Assembly: GCA_050575255.1 (NCBI GenBank)
Contig: JBNZDD010013683.1
Span: forward strand, 1,462,191 to 1,526,190
DNA from: Harriotta raleighana
Lineage: Eukaryota
Direction: 5' to 3'
Length of the DNA stretch: 64,000 nucleotides
Below the pieces are notes generated by a model that was not told the origin of the DNA, searched no databases, and was given only the letters and a program-made list of their open reading frames with translations. A program made the position numbers and the translations under genes. Each line of letters opens with the position of its first letter. The stretch's first letter is position 1. Of the stretch, positions 13,569 to 25,264 are shown piece after piece.

Positions 13569-16511
13569 TAAGACACTTCAAGTATTGCTGTATTGCTTAA
13601 GAAGTTTCAACATTTGATGTCTGAGCCCCAAATTGACTGTTGCCTTCATCTTCTTACAATATTAACATTAATCTAAATTTGTCCTAATTGCAGTCCTTTA
13701 AAACTGACCAACTTTACATTTTTATACAAAATGTGTATTACAATAATTCAAACAGTATTTTTTTCAAAACTCCATGCTACAAATCAAAAAGATAAATCCA
13801 AGGAAGCCAACATAGCTTTTGAGATATTGTAAGTATTATTTTGTAATATTGCATTGCTAATTCTTATTTACTTGAATTGTGTTTAGAGCATTTGAGGTGC
13901 TAGGTGTATTGAATCTAATTCTGAAGTTGCAAAGAAAATCTGCCCAATGGTCCATTTCATTATTTGGTTCTTAATTGAACTGATTCTACAATTGAGGTTG
14001 GAGGCTTCACTGAACTTCACCCCTGGTATTATAACTAAGAAGGACCATAAAGTGGGAAAAATGTGTAATTCCAGCTAAAGCTCCTTAACTTAACGCTTCC
14101 AAATTTCGATGTAGCCTTACCTTTTTTTCCCTCTGTGTCCATCACCATCATCATCACCTTCACCATGGTTCATATTTGCAAAATTTTATCTCGATTCGAT
14201 TTCAGATTGTAGAGGATTAGTAGGTCATTTTTTTTCCTACTTGAGGTATCCCAGCTCTTCACAAGCATAAAGAAACTAATCAAAAGAGTTTCACTTGACT
14301 AGCTCTCCCTGGATGTGGGTCATTCTGGACTTGCCACTGATAATGTCAGTTGGCCTACAAACTGCTCATGGTGTAATAGGGTGTGGAGAGTCTTGTAAGT
14401 GGTGCAGGAGTCAGAAGGGAGGGCAAGCTTGTAATTAGTTTTGTGAAAGGTATAATATAATTTTGTTTCCCGTCAATGTCAGCAGTTATTTCATCCAGTA
14501 AAGTGTTCAGTGTCAAGCTAAAAATGGAGTATCAGTATTGTGCAGGGTGAGTGTTTGACGGTGGTATGGTAAATAGTGAAGAATACAATAGGCCTGCTGA
14601 AGAATAGTACAGTATTACCTATTGAGTCCTGTTACTGGAACGATTTTTGGTTCACTTTCTACGTTAGTGGAATGTGAGTAAAATAAATCTCTGTTATCTC
14701 AAACTGGTGTGATTTACCTCTCCACTTGTCCTGAGTTTCCTTACGATTTCCCCTGAATGATTATTGATATGATTTTAAATGAGTCTAATAAATCATGATC
14801 TTCGAATTCAAGCAATTTGTTCTTTTGAATATTTATTAGGTTTATTGTGGAATCTTTTCCAAAAATATAAAAATCGCCTGCTGAACTCTGGTTATTATTG
14901 CACCATTCTTCAACCTGATTCTATTTACCATAATCAGTCACATTGACTGATTATGTAAGCTTGAATGTTTGGTGTAACCAATATGTATGGGGTTTCTATC
15001 AGTCTGAGCAGACGTAAATCAGTCACTTCCAACTGCAGTGATGATATTGGCCTCACAGTCTGACCTGAGATCCTTTCAGTGCTTACCCTATGCAATGAGC
15101 AACACAACAGTTAATCCCAAAGCTGCCTATATAGAAAACATTTTGCGTCATGGCCGAACATATTTCTGAGGTTCAAATTGACCGTGTTGATACTGAGTGG
15201 TTACGGGAAAGAGAAAGATTCTGAATCTAAATGGAAAATTTGATGGAATTGAATTTTTTTTATTATCGCTGTCATGCTTATGCACAGATTCTATCTAGTC
15301 ACTGAGAAGCGGATGAATCAATGTGTTTTTTCAAATATTTATCTTGGTTCTTATAGCCAACTTCAAGCTTAGCATATTCAAGGAAAAAAACATCAAATCA
15401 CTCTTTTAAGGAGGCTAGTGTAGCATAGATTGGGACCAGTCATGTTAGACTATTTGTTGGATTGGTTGGTTGTGTTCATGAATAAGCTATTGAAGTCTCA
15501 CTTTGCAAGGTGCAATGCACATCACCACACAACACATTGAGCTAGTAGAGCTAATGTCTTTAATTTTGAAGTGAGTGCAAGCCTCAATTTCCTCTGGCAA
15601 CACACCAGCCAAGCACAAGTAGCCAAGTACTTTGGCTTTGGAATAGAATAATGTTAGGCTGCATTCTTACACACACGTCCCTGTTTATTGGCTTGAAAAT
15701 GCAAGTTGCACTTTTGGCTAAATTGATTTACACTTCAATTTTGAAACAGTGATTTCCTCAAGATTATTGATATGATTTTATTGTTAGTATTATGAGATGA
15801 TTTAGCATTACAAAAAAACCAGAAGTGATGGTTTGAATTGGTTTTCTGTTAGAATTGGTCTAACATGACAGCCAGGGTATCAAATTCAAAATTAAATCCA
15901 CATTCATATTAAACCCATGATTCTCAGCCTGCTTCAAATTTGCATGGCAAATCCGTGTTCAATTCCGAATTTTCAAAATCAGTTGGGATACCAGAAAAAT
16001 ATTCCGTTCAAGGCTTCTATTCTGTTGTGGGCTGAACACTACACTCTATTCCATTTCTTTCAGCACATTTAGCAAAACTATACTTGCATTTGTATAAATA
16101 AATGTGGTGCAACTTAATTTTATATTTATAATGCCACGTTATTTATAATTTATAATTATGGTTGCATTTATTTATAAGCACACAGGAATAAACAGAGCAG
16201 AACAGTGCGGAGCTAATATCAACAAATGTGTTACATGGAGCACATGGAGCAGAATGACCCCTGTTGTGCTGAGATGATGGAAGAGAGGAGAAGTTGTTAT
16301 GGAAGTCTATCTCAGGTTGCACTTCAACAATTGCTACCAGCTTGCTACACAGTGATATATTGGCAGAGTCCTAGAAATGTTATTGCTGCTTTTTTTTTAG
16401 AAGATACTCTTCTTGGCATTTTAAAATACAATGTCTGCTGCAAAATTGTAAATCAGTTAAGCACCAGATTATAATAAAAGCAAATTTAGAAAGGAAACAA
16501 TCTGGGTATAA

Positions 16512-16850
16512 AATAATAATCCTTGCATTTGATATAGAGCTTGATCACGTCTTCCAGACATTTCAAAGCGCTTCACAGATTATACTGTGAATTGATTAAG
16601 TTTTGTGAGAAAAACACCCACAAAGGGTCACACAAATAGTTGTGGATTGAGTGAACAAATTATTATTATTATTTATTTTAATTTATTTTTGGAGATTATG
16701 ACCTCCAGAAAAGTGACCCACTAATCGACTATCAACGGGATTCAGTTTACTGCTAGGTAAACAGGGCATGAGCAGTAAGGAAACTTGCCCAACAGTTCGC
16801 TCTGCCTGGAATCAAACCCAGGTCCTCTTGCTTGCTGTAAGGAGAGTTTA
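16512..16850 (-). mobile_element. Deu-domain SINE, longer variant
   Basis: Same head and tail as the main family, with an extra internal block (cagtttactgctaggtaaacaggg on +) absent from the young copies. Confidence 0.75.
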
Positions 16851-17542
16851 GCATATTATCTGCATTTGGATAATGTACAGATCCATTTTACAAAGTCTAG
16901 GATACACATTATTACTGGTTACTTCCATGGCCTTACAATTTGAATTTCATGGTCATTTTCTTTGTTGTCTGTGCTTCCCAATGTCTCGTATATGCCATGT
17001 TCTATGACAATGTTAACAAGGTGGGTAGCACAGTGTTCTCTAATGGACTCTCATCTGCACTTTGAACAATTCTAACATGTTTCGTAGATTTTTACAGTTG
17101 CCTTTGTTGGCTTGTATGTTGTCTTGGGCTTTCTGAGTGTTTTTTCAGCTACTTCTACCAGCTAGTGTTCCAACAACTACTAGGATAAAGATCAGTTCTG
17201 GTCTGTTAAGTGCCAAATATAAGTCTATCTAGTCAGGCTAGTCCTATTGCAATAGCAAAAAAGTGGAACATGTGTGCTATCGTAAAAAAGCCAGAGGATC
17301 TGTTTCCATTAAGCAAGAAGTCCTAACCAATAGCATAATACTAGCACTAGTGACAAATGCAGAGATTATTACCAGTTTGCATTAAAATCATTTCACATTA
17401 AGTATAGGAACGGAGTACTCAACCACTTTACAATTTTATTGACTTGCATTGCATTCATGCAATCAGTTAAAAGCTGTAATTTCGATTTATGTCATCATGT
17501 GTGTGTGTAAAAAAAAAACTGCAATGCAGTTTTTTTGGACAA

Positions 17543-17762
17543 AGATATCCATGCTGAGTGCTTTTCAGGGGTAATAATTTATCCCCTCAAAAATAATAAT
17601 AATTTGGTTACTCAATCCACAACATTTTGTGAGAGTCTGCTGTTGGCTGATGTGTTTTGCCACAAAATACAATCGATCCACATTACAATATATTCTGTGA
17701 AATAGTTTGAGATGCTGCAATAATGTGATAAGCTACTACTTCAAATACATGGATTATTATTA
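17543..17762 (+). mobile_element. Diverged 5'-truncated Deu-domain SINE
   Basis: caatccacaac...ctgctgttggctg...tattctgtgaa...ggattattatt. Confidence 0.7.
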
Positions 17763-19599
17763 CGCATTGTAAGGATGTAACAGAAATGTTTAGCAATTAA
17801 TCCACAGTGGATCTCTTTGTGATACATAACTGGATAAGGAATTAACCAACACAAAAATATTTCACCTTGAGTCCCAAAATACACAAAATTCTCCAAAAAG
17901 TGTTTAGTACAATTTCATCACATCGCTGCGTAAATTAACAAAATCTTCACATAACATCATCCATTGTAAATTTCTTGCAAGAGCTTTCAAATGACTGATG
18001 TTTTCTCTGGATAGAGTTGTTTTTTAAAAAAAAGAATCATATTGGTAGTTAGCTAAGTAGTTCAAACCTTTTTAAAATTCCCATTTCAAACCCCTTTTTA
18101 TCCTTCAGTTTCTTTCATCTTTCGTTACTGGTATTTTGTGAGAGACCTTAATCTTGTCCGTTTCTATTCCCTCTTGATTCTGAATGTATGCTATTTAACA
18201 TAATTATAAAGCACCTTGTGTTCAGAGTGCCAAGAGTCCAATGCAGTGAGCACAACTAATTCATAATGAGAACCCATTCTGTCCATTATAGTGAAGTGCT
18301 GCAGAGCAAAATGAAGAAATATAACAATTAACTTGCTTAAAAATAAACCCAGGCATTGCAAACCAAAATCACAGTTTGTGTGGTCTTCTCTATAGGTTTA
18401 TTGATGTGAAGCAAGCCTTCACTTCATATTAATTTGGGCCTTATTTTTCATTTCTCAGTTCTGATATTTCGGGAAAAAAGTCAGTAGTTTTATAGTTCCG
18501 ATAACCTTTAATGCTTGCGTTTCAGATAATGCCTTTTGAAAAAGGAAGTCTCAAAGAGCTTCACAGGATTGCAATGTATAGCCATTGTGTATCTCGTAAG
18601 CAAACACAGCTACCAACTTGCCATTGAAAGTCCTACCTGTCAAGCTTTCCCGCTGCTTAACGGACTGAGCGGATAAATGAATCATCTGCCCTTCCAGGTC
18701 TTATCACTGGCTTGTCTATTGTCGGTGGTGCCCTGGCGTGCTGCAGATCTGCCTGGCTTGGGAGCAAGACCACCAAGACTGCCGCAGAGGGCGAGCTCAG
18801 TTCTGACATTCCTTTGCCAAACATGTTACTTCAGCTTCGAGGAGACCCCACTTACTTCCTACCCCCACCCCACTCCCCCCGAAGCATAAAAAATAGTTTG
18901 TGGTAAAACTGCAAGCAGCCTAAGGATTGCTTATCTATGTAGTGATAAATACTGGTGACAATCAAGTTGTTTAACACCCAGGATAACAATTTGAAACCGT
19001 TATGATTGTCTCATTTTAACTGCCAAGATCATCCATGGCTATATGTGTAATTTGCCTCTAGTTTGGTCAGTAATTGCAAGTAAAGATCTGTGACCTGAAT
19101 GAGGTTAACACAAAATCTATTATTGGAGCCATATTTCATAAAGTTTGGAGAAATTGCTTGAGACCTAGCAGCTGTATAACTCTGTATTCTTATAGTGAAT
19201 CCTATTGTGATTTATCCTCAACCAGAGCGCAGATCGTTCAATCCTAATCACAAGTAGAGAACATCTTAATGAGGTTGACAAAGTCATCATGACTGAATGT
19301 GGCTGAATTTCTTTTGTAAGCGTGTACTGCAGTGTCATTCAGTTTATTGTCCTCTATAGAAAATAAAATTAGAAGTTTAAATGATATATTTCGTAGACAC
19401 AAATTGACTGGCATTAAAGCCATCCATCATTTGACGAGCCTGAGCTGCTTTTTATCTAAAAGCAAGTTTGTTTCATCGCTAGACAAAATTCTATATGGTG
19501 TTTACATGACAATATCTCATCGTGTTATAAGAGTGACAAGAGAAATATGGATGAAGTAAGCTCTTCAACTCATTTGTTCTCATCATTCTAGAAATACCC

Positions 19600-19770
19600 A
19601 ACTTACAAAGTCAAGCTATTTTTTAAATGAATCTTGACATGGATTTCACTACCCATTCATGCCACCTATTCTAACTGTTGGTTACCATTTGTACAAAGAA
19701 AACTTTCCTGCAGTTTGTCTTAAAACTTCCCTTCACAGCCCTGAACCTTTGACTCCTTGTCCTGGTAATA
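19600..19770 (-). mobile_element. CR1-clade LINE ORF2 3' fragment
   Basis: Minus strand reads RTRSQRFRAVKGSFKTNCRKVFFVQMVTNS*NRWHEWVV, resembling the CR1 pattern TRGH...RKxFFxQRVVxxWNxLPxxVV. Confidence 0.55.
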
Positions 19771-20653
19771 GATTGCTTACACAGCATTGTATTACAAACT
19801 TTCCTTGGGTTTCTTCTCTTCCTGTGATGGAAGAAATAATAACCTCAAAATGAACGGAAGGAAACGTAGTTAAAATGTCACATTTTTCCTTTTCTGACCT
19901 TTTCTCAAAGTTTCATTTAAGTATACCAGAGACAAAACTGCGTGAGATATTGTTATCGATAACTGATCGGAAACAAAACAACTTTATATATTTATATAGA
20001 GCCTTTCATGTCAAAAGAACATCTCAAAAGTAAAAGCACTGATTGAGCACATTCACCAAAAATTAACATTTCCTAATCCTTACGGTTAGTGGAAATCAAA
20101 CTCATTATGCTGAAAATAATGTTCGCCTCTTTTTCCTGATTGGAAGAAAATAAACAGTCCTCAGTATATCTGTGAAGCTTACAGTCCACTTAAGGCATTG
20201 TTACATTATAGGGACCAAGTGGATGAAAGAGAATTAGTTTTCAGTGGATACAATCAAACGGTATTCGCAAGCCATTTATATATGTGATTGAAAATGAAAT
20301 AGGTTTTGTTCGCTGTGTACTAGTGTGGTATTTGAGAAGGTGAGGTTGATTGCTGGCTTCCCTAAATGTCATGGCTTTACAGGATACTGATGAGGTCATT
20401 GCAAGTGAGCTTTGGTATTAAGGTGACAGAGAAAGAAGGGTTCGGGACTGATTTTATGAAACCTTTCAGTGGAAAGGAAGCTTGGTAAATAACAGAAGAA
20501 GAATATAAACATAAAGTCTTTTTTGGCCAAAGTGTAAAGAAATTAAGTAATAAATCCAGTCTGAATGACTGTTTTTTAGAAAAAAAAACTTTGTTTCTTG
20601 TCCATATATCAATTAAACAAAGTTTTTTTTAAAATTTGCATGACTAATATATG

Positions 20654-20790
20654 AAATAATAATAATAATCGTTACATTTATATAGCGCTTTCCACATCTT
20701 ATGGACANTAAATTTGCATGACTAATATATGAAATAATAATAATCGTTACATTTATATAGCGCTTTCCACATCTTATGGACATCTCAAAA
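20654..20790 (-). mobile_element. SINE/L2 3' tail, artefactually duplicated around N at 20708
   Basis: (aat)n cgttacatttatatagcgctttccacatc is the reverse complement of the family tail. Confidence 0.7.
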
Positions 20791-21244
20791 GTAGTAGCTG
20801 GTTATTAAAAGTATTAAATTAGGCTTGGAACTTAAATCAATAATTTACACTGACTTATTTAATTTTGCTTTTACTCTATTTTCAATATACCTTTTTCTTC
20901 TTATTCAAAATGAATTAAAAACACATTGCTTACCTTTTATTCAATGTTGTACTTTCCATGTACATTTTGGAGATGAGAGTTTAAGTGGAAACAAATGGCC
21001 TTCGAATGATCAAATAAAAAGCAATGCAAGGCCAATTTTTCAACTAATTGAAACCTAAAAGATTGTCATGCTTGCTCGATGAGTTATCGCGTTTGCAGCA
21101 ATAGTAACCATCAAGCATTGAATAATAATCCTAATAATCTTTGCGTTTGATACAAGCTGAGTTGTGTTGCCAACCAGGAGGCTTGCCTGCCATCCACCTA
21201 CTGAGGGCTCAAACCTGCGCTTGTCATGTCAATGACAAAATGCA

Positions 21245-21256
21245 CAAAATGGCGGC
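21245..21256 (+). promoter_or_regulatory. YY1 consensus motif overlapping the putative ATG in a CpG-rich patch
   Basis: caaaatggcggc is an exact YY1-type consensus. Function is not shown. Confidence 0.3.
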
Positions 21257-21660
21257 AGCAGCGGCGGCGGAAGAGGGTTGGGCGCCACCGTCGCCACTAG
21301 AGCAGCCGAAACAACCATCCCAACGGCGGTCGCGACCGAAACCGCTGCCACGACCAGAACCGATACCGCTACCGAGGACTCGGGCGAAGATGCGGGTCTA
21401 TACCCCGTGCCTCTGCGTCTGCGGGGAACTGGGACAGGTACACCTGAGCACGGCGTCGTCTTCGGCGGCCATGGTGCGTGCTGCGTTTGCTGGTCGGCAA
21501 CATCTTCCAGTGCTGCAGGCGGCGGACCACCTCGTCGTGGGGGACCATCGCGTCACGGGAGATCCCGACGGCGGTTGAGCTGCTGCTACCGGGCGAACTG
21601 GCCAGCCACACCGTGTCTGAGGTACCAAGGCCTTCAGCGAATCACCTGGTCACCAGCTGA
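21249..21660 (+). pseudogene. Histone H2B-derived pseudogene (frameshifted, diverged)
   Basis: From 21544, [26 protein letters not shown] aligns to canonical H2B [26 protein letters not shown] at 21/26 identity. A 1-nt deletion then gives gag g-t acc aag gcc (EGTKA). In another frame upstream, CVCGELGQVHLSTASSSAAM parallels [20 protein letters not shown], and LVGNIFQ parallels FVNDIFE. No canonical histone 3' stem-loop seen. The start coordinate is the putative ATG and is uncertain. Confidence 0.88.
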
Positions 21661-21770
21661 GGAGCCGGTCGGTTTTGGGGCCTTTCACTACACTGGGCCT
21701 GGTTCCCGCCTTTTTGAATATCGCCCAGGTGGGCGGTGAGGACAAGGAGCGCTTGCTGGACTGTTCTTAA

Positions 21771-21903
21771 TTGTTGTTGCCATTGCTTTTTTTTGTTTAT
21801 TGTTGTTGATGTTGTTGTTTGTTGCTGTTGTTTGGTGCCCCCCCGCCCCCTGACCTTTCCCCCTCCTTTTCTTCTTCTTCCCTCCCTCCCTCTTCCCTCT
21901 CTA
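21771..21903 (+). repeat. Imperfect (GTT)n followed by a C/T-rich tract
   Basis: Directly visible low-complexity sequence. Confidence 0.85.
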
Positions 21904-21904
21904 C

Positions 21905-22327
21905 CCTGTGGCTCAGTGGTTAGACCATTCGCCTTACAAGCATGAGACCTGTGTTCGAATCCAGGCAGATCAAGGAGAAACCTTGGGCAAGTTTCCTTAC
22001 TCCACATGCCTAATAATAATCCCTCCAAAAAAACCACAATAATAAAATTGGTCCTTTCAATCCATGACTGTTTGTGGGGGACGCTGCTGTGCGCAATTGG
22101 CTGCCACATTCCGCCCTCAAATATACAGTCAATTCACTTTACAGTATATTCTGTGAAGCGGTTTGGGACGTCGATAAGATGTGAAAAGTGCTACATCAAA
22201 TGCAAGGATTATTATTATATTATTATTATTATATATTATGTTATTATTACATTATTATATATTATATTATTATATAGTATTATTATATTATTATATATTA
22301 TTATACTGTATTATTATTATATTATTA
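21905..22327 (+). mobile_element. Young Deu-domain SINE with an expanded cryptic (TAT/TA)n tail of about 120 bp
   Basis: Head cctgtggctcagtgg to the tail at about 22208, then AT-only repeat to 22327. Confidence 0.92.
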
Positions 22328-22496
22328 CCCCCCTCTTCCCTCTTATCCCCCTTTCTCCCTATTTCTACCTGATTTTGTACCCCACCCATCTTTCCCTCCA
22401 TCTTCCCCCTTGCCCCCCTTTTCCTCCCTGATTTGACCCCACCCTGCCTTTCCCTCCATCTCCCCCCTTACTCTCTTTTCCCACTTTCTCCCCCGG

Positions 22497-22718
22497 CCCC
22501 ACTTCCACGACTGTTTGTGGGACATTGCTGTGAGCAATTTGGCTGCCGTGTTTCGCCCACAAATATACAGTAGGTTTTTCCTGCTCTCCTTTGCCCTACC
22601 CCGACCCTTCCCCATCTTTTCCCCCTTTCTCCCCTAACCCCACTTCCATGACTGTTTGTAGGACACTGCTGTGTGCAATTTGGCTGCCATGTTTCGCCCA
22701 CAAATGTACAGTCAATTT
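22497..22718 (+). repeat. Two tandem partial Deu-core copies separated by pyrimidine tracts
   Basis: ccccacttcca(c/t)gactgtttgt(g/a)ggaca...caatttggctgcc...tttcgcccacaaat(a/g)tacagt at about 22497-22571 and 22638-22712. Confidence 0.85.
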
Positions 22719-22771
22719 GTTCTTACTTTCCTTCCCCCCACCCCTCCCCGCGATCTAATCGCTACTTGACT

Positions 22772-22840
22772 TTACAGCGCCTTGGGACGTCCTCCCAACG
22801 TGAAAGGCGCTATATAAATGTAATTTTGATTGATTGATTG
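22772..22840 (+). mobile_element. L2 LINE-type 3' tail ending in (GATT)n
   Basis: cagcgccttgggacgtcctcccaacgtgaaaggcgctatataaatgtaattttg, the same tail that ends the L2 RT fragment at 39371-39434. Confidence 0.85.
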
Positions 22841-23159
22841 AATGTGAATACTGTATAAGTGAAAGAGCAGGTCTTATATGTCAAAGGCATTTTCTCTCAC
22901 CCATGCCTTCACTTGATCTTCAGGAAAATAAACAGTTTGACAAGTTAGATCTGTTGACGACCGACATCGGATCCAACTTGCATTGATAGCTAAAAATGGT
23001 GATCTATTCAAAGGTGAAGCAGAAAAGATGAATGTTAAGTGTAGAGCCTGTTGATTCAGACACGACTAAAGCTAGAGAACATGCATTGCGTGATTGTAAG
23101 TTAATGGCACATCGATTCCACAACAGGATTTCCTGGTTTGATTTGCTTTGTTCCTGCAG

Positions 23160-23256
23160 CAATATTTTCACTTTGCCTTTCTGTACAAGAGCTCTACCAC
23201 AGATTACATCAGCTCCACCGTGTGGAAATCAAGAAAATGTTTCTCCACTCATCATG
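23160..23256 (+). CDS. Candidate 97-nt internal exon, unidentified
   Basis: Strong acceptor ttgctttgttcctgcag and donor ATG|gtaaga. All three frames are open; one reads IFSLCLSVQELYHRLHQLHRVEIKKMFLHSS(W). Confidence 0.3.
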
Positions 23257-23427
23257 GTAAGAATATACAGGTACAACCAGATTTGTCTCCACAATTTGAA
23301 TGACCTCATTCAAAGATATAGCAACCTAGTTAAAACAAAAGATAGAGTCATGTGTGTCTTAGGCAGAGACATGCAAACCTGCCTGCAGTTGAAAATTCAA
23401 TGCATTTGTAATCTAAAGTACTGTTTT

Positions 23428-23622
23428 TAAAAAGGCAAACAGGATCCTCAGCTTTGTAAATAAAGACAGAGAGTACAGGCAGTTCTGTCGAATTTTTGCT
23501 AAATGCTGATTAGGCATCAGCTGGAGTATTAGATCCAATTCTGGGCAACCCACTACAAGAAGGATGTCAGGGCCTTGGAGAGGTTGCGGAGGAGACTTAC
23601 AAGAATGTTACCAGGGATGATG
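23428..23622 (+). mobile_element. CR1-clade LINE ORF2 fragment
   Basis: KKANRILSFV...LIRHQLEY*IQFWATHYKKDVRALERLRRRLTRMLPGM matches the CR1 pattern LEYCVQFWxPxYKKDxxxLERVQRR. Confidence 0.88.
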
Positions 23623-24087
23623 AACAGGGGTGGATCTCAATATATAAATCAGGAATTACAAATATACTTTAGAATAAACAGAACAAAGCTTGGGCCGGTC
23701 TTCAATGTCATCTGCAATATAAGTACGCCACAACAGTAAATTCAACACGAATAAACAGTTCAGTTACAAAGTCAAAACATGTAACATTGCAACATTCTGA
23801 ATCTAAATTGCAGTTTAATTTTTCACTTTTGTTTTGAAAAAGAATGAACTATAAGGAATGAATCGTGAATTTTAAGCGGTACAAAATTCTTTTTTTATTG
23901 GGGTATGAGAGGCAAACAACTCACTTGTTCATAAAATAAATTGTAGGCTCAGTTGCTCTGATTTCCTTAATGGACAGAGAAATAATTAGCCCATTATTTA
24001 AAAGCTGTATTTAAACAACCAAAGTTTTTTTAAAAATTCTATACCAAATATCAATATAATTTAACATTTGCACATATCTTGCACATA

Positions 24088-24228
24088 CTCCTGTGCACAA
24101 ATGGCTGCTGCTTTTCTCCCACAAAATTTACAGTCAATTCAGTTTACAGTATATTCTGTGCAGGACTTTGAGACATCTAGAAGACATGATCAGGCACCAT
24201 ATCAAATGCAAGTTTTTTTATTATTATG
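24088..24228 (+). mobile_element. 3' half of a Deu-domain SINE
   Basis: gtgcacaaatggctgc...cagtcaattcagtttacagtatattctgtg...atatcaaatgcaag. Confidence 0.8.
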
Positions 24229-24935
24229 TGTACTTCACTTACTATTGAATTATATTCTCTTCAGCAAATCAGCTGGACGCAAACCTTCTTTTAATTGCTG
24301 ATGATTCATGGTTGGTCAGACGACTGAATTGTGTACATACTGCAGTCCTTGGTATAAGGGATTCACTTTAGCCTTTCAAATCTCTGCAATTTTATGGTCC
24401 AATAAACTGGGAACGCTTGGGGTCACTGCATTCGGGCTCCGTATCAGCAATTGAGTAATAATTACTGTTCTCAAGCTTCCCTTTGACTTTACAGACAATT
24501 GTATCTGTCTTTTAAATGGTTTCCCAACAGCACCTGCATGATTCATGCGCTTGTTGCCATCTGCCACATCCGGCTCAGAGAAGTGTCAGACACAATGGGG
24601 AGCCGGGGGGCTAGATGTAAATCTACAGCCTAAATCGAAATTAAGACATTCTAAACTGAATGGGAATTTAGAATAAATCACAGGTTCCCCCCATGGCCCC
24701 AACCCCCCGCCAAAAAAAAATCCATCCCAGATCTGTAACCTTTCATGCGTATCAACTGCAGAGTATCTAGGAATATCCTGTGAATGAGTACATCGCTCGT
24801 CAGCATTATTCCTCAAATTGTGGAGGAAGACTGTGACCACATGTACCAAAATGGCACTTCAACCCACAACCTCCTCAATCTGCAAGAGGTCTATGGACTG
24901 TGTCGGTTGAGTATATATGTTCATCCATATGTTTG

Positions 24936-25264
24936 TGAAGTCCTGTAGCTCAGTGGTTTATGTTTAGCCGTTAGCCATTGCTCTAACGAGCAATCACTTT
25001 ACAAGCGTGAGACCTGTGTTCGAATCCAGGTAGGTCAGGGCAAAACCTTGGACAAGTTTCCTTACTCCACATGCCAAATAGTAATCCCTCCAAAGAAAAA
25101 CCACAACTGGTTGTGGGCAATTGGCTGTCCGCAATTGGCTGCCTTGTTTCGCCCATAAGTATACAGTCAATTCACTTTACAGTATATTCTGCAAAGCACT
25201 TTGAGATGTGTAGAAGACGTGAAAAGCGCTATATAAAATGTAAGGAACATTATTATTATTATTA
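24936..25264 (+). mobile_element. tRNA-derived Deu-domain SINE
   Basis: Head with a short insertion, B-box gttcgaatcc, core and tail. Confidence 0.9.

Noticed and set aside
17512-17536. Perfect 12-bp inverted repeat aaaaaaactgca-a-tgcagttttttt resembling a terminator
   Set aside because: Mostly homopolymer pairing, and intrinsic terminators are not relevant in this genome.
20632-20782. Tandem duplication of about 75 bp around N at 20708
   Set aside because: The copies abut a single N and differ only in (aat)n length, as expected for two alleles or contig ends left unmerged.
21141-21739. ORFs of 145 and 153 aa in the GC-rich patch as novel proteins
   Set aside because: Long open frames are expected in GC-rich DNA, and the H2B similarity is split across frames, so neither is an intact histone.
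22497-22718. Repeat-spacer-repeat pattern as a CRISPR array
   Set aside because: Only two units of about 75 bp, SINE-derived, with low-complexity spacers, in a eukaryotic context with no cas genes.
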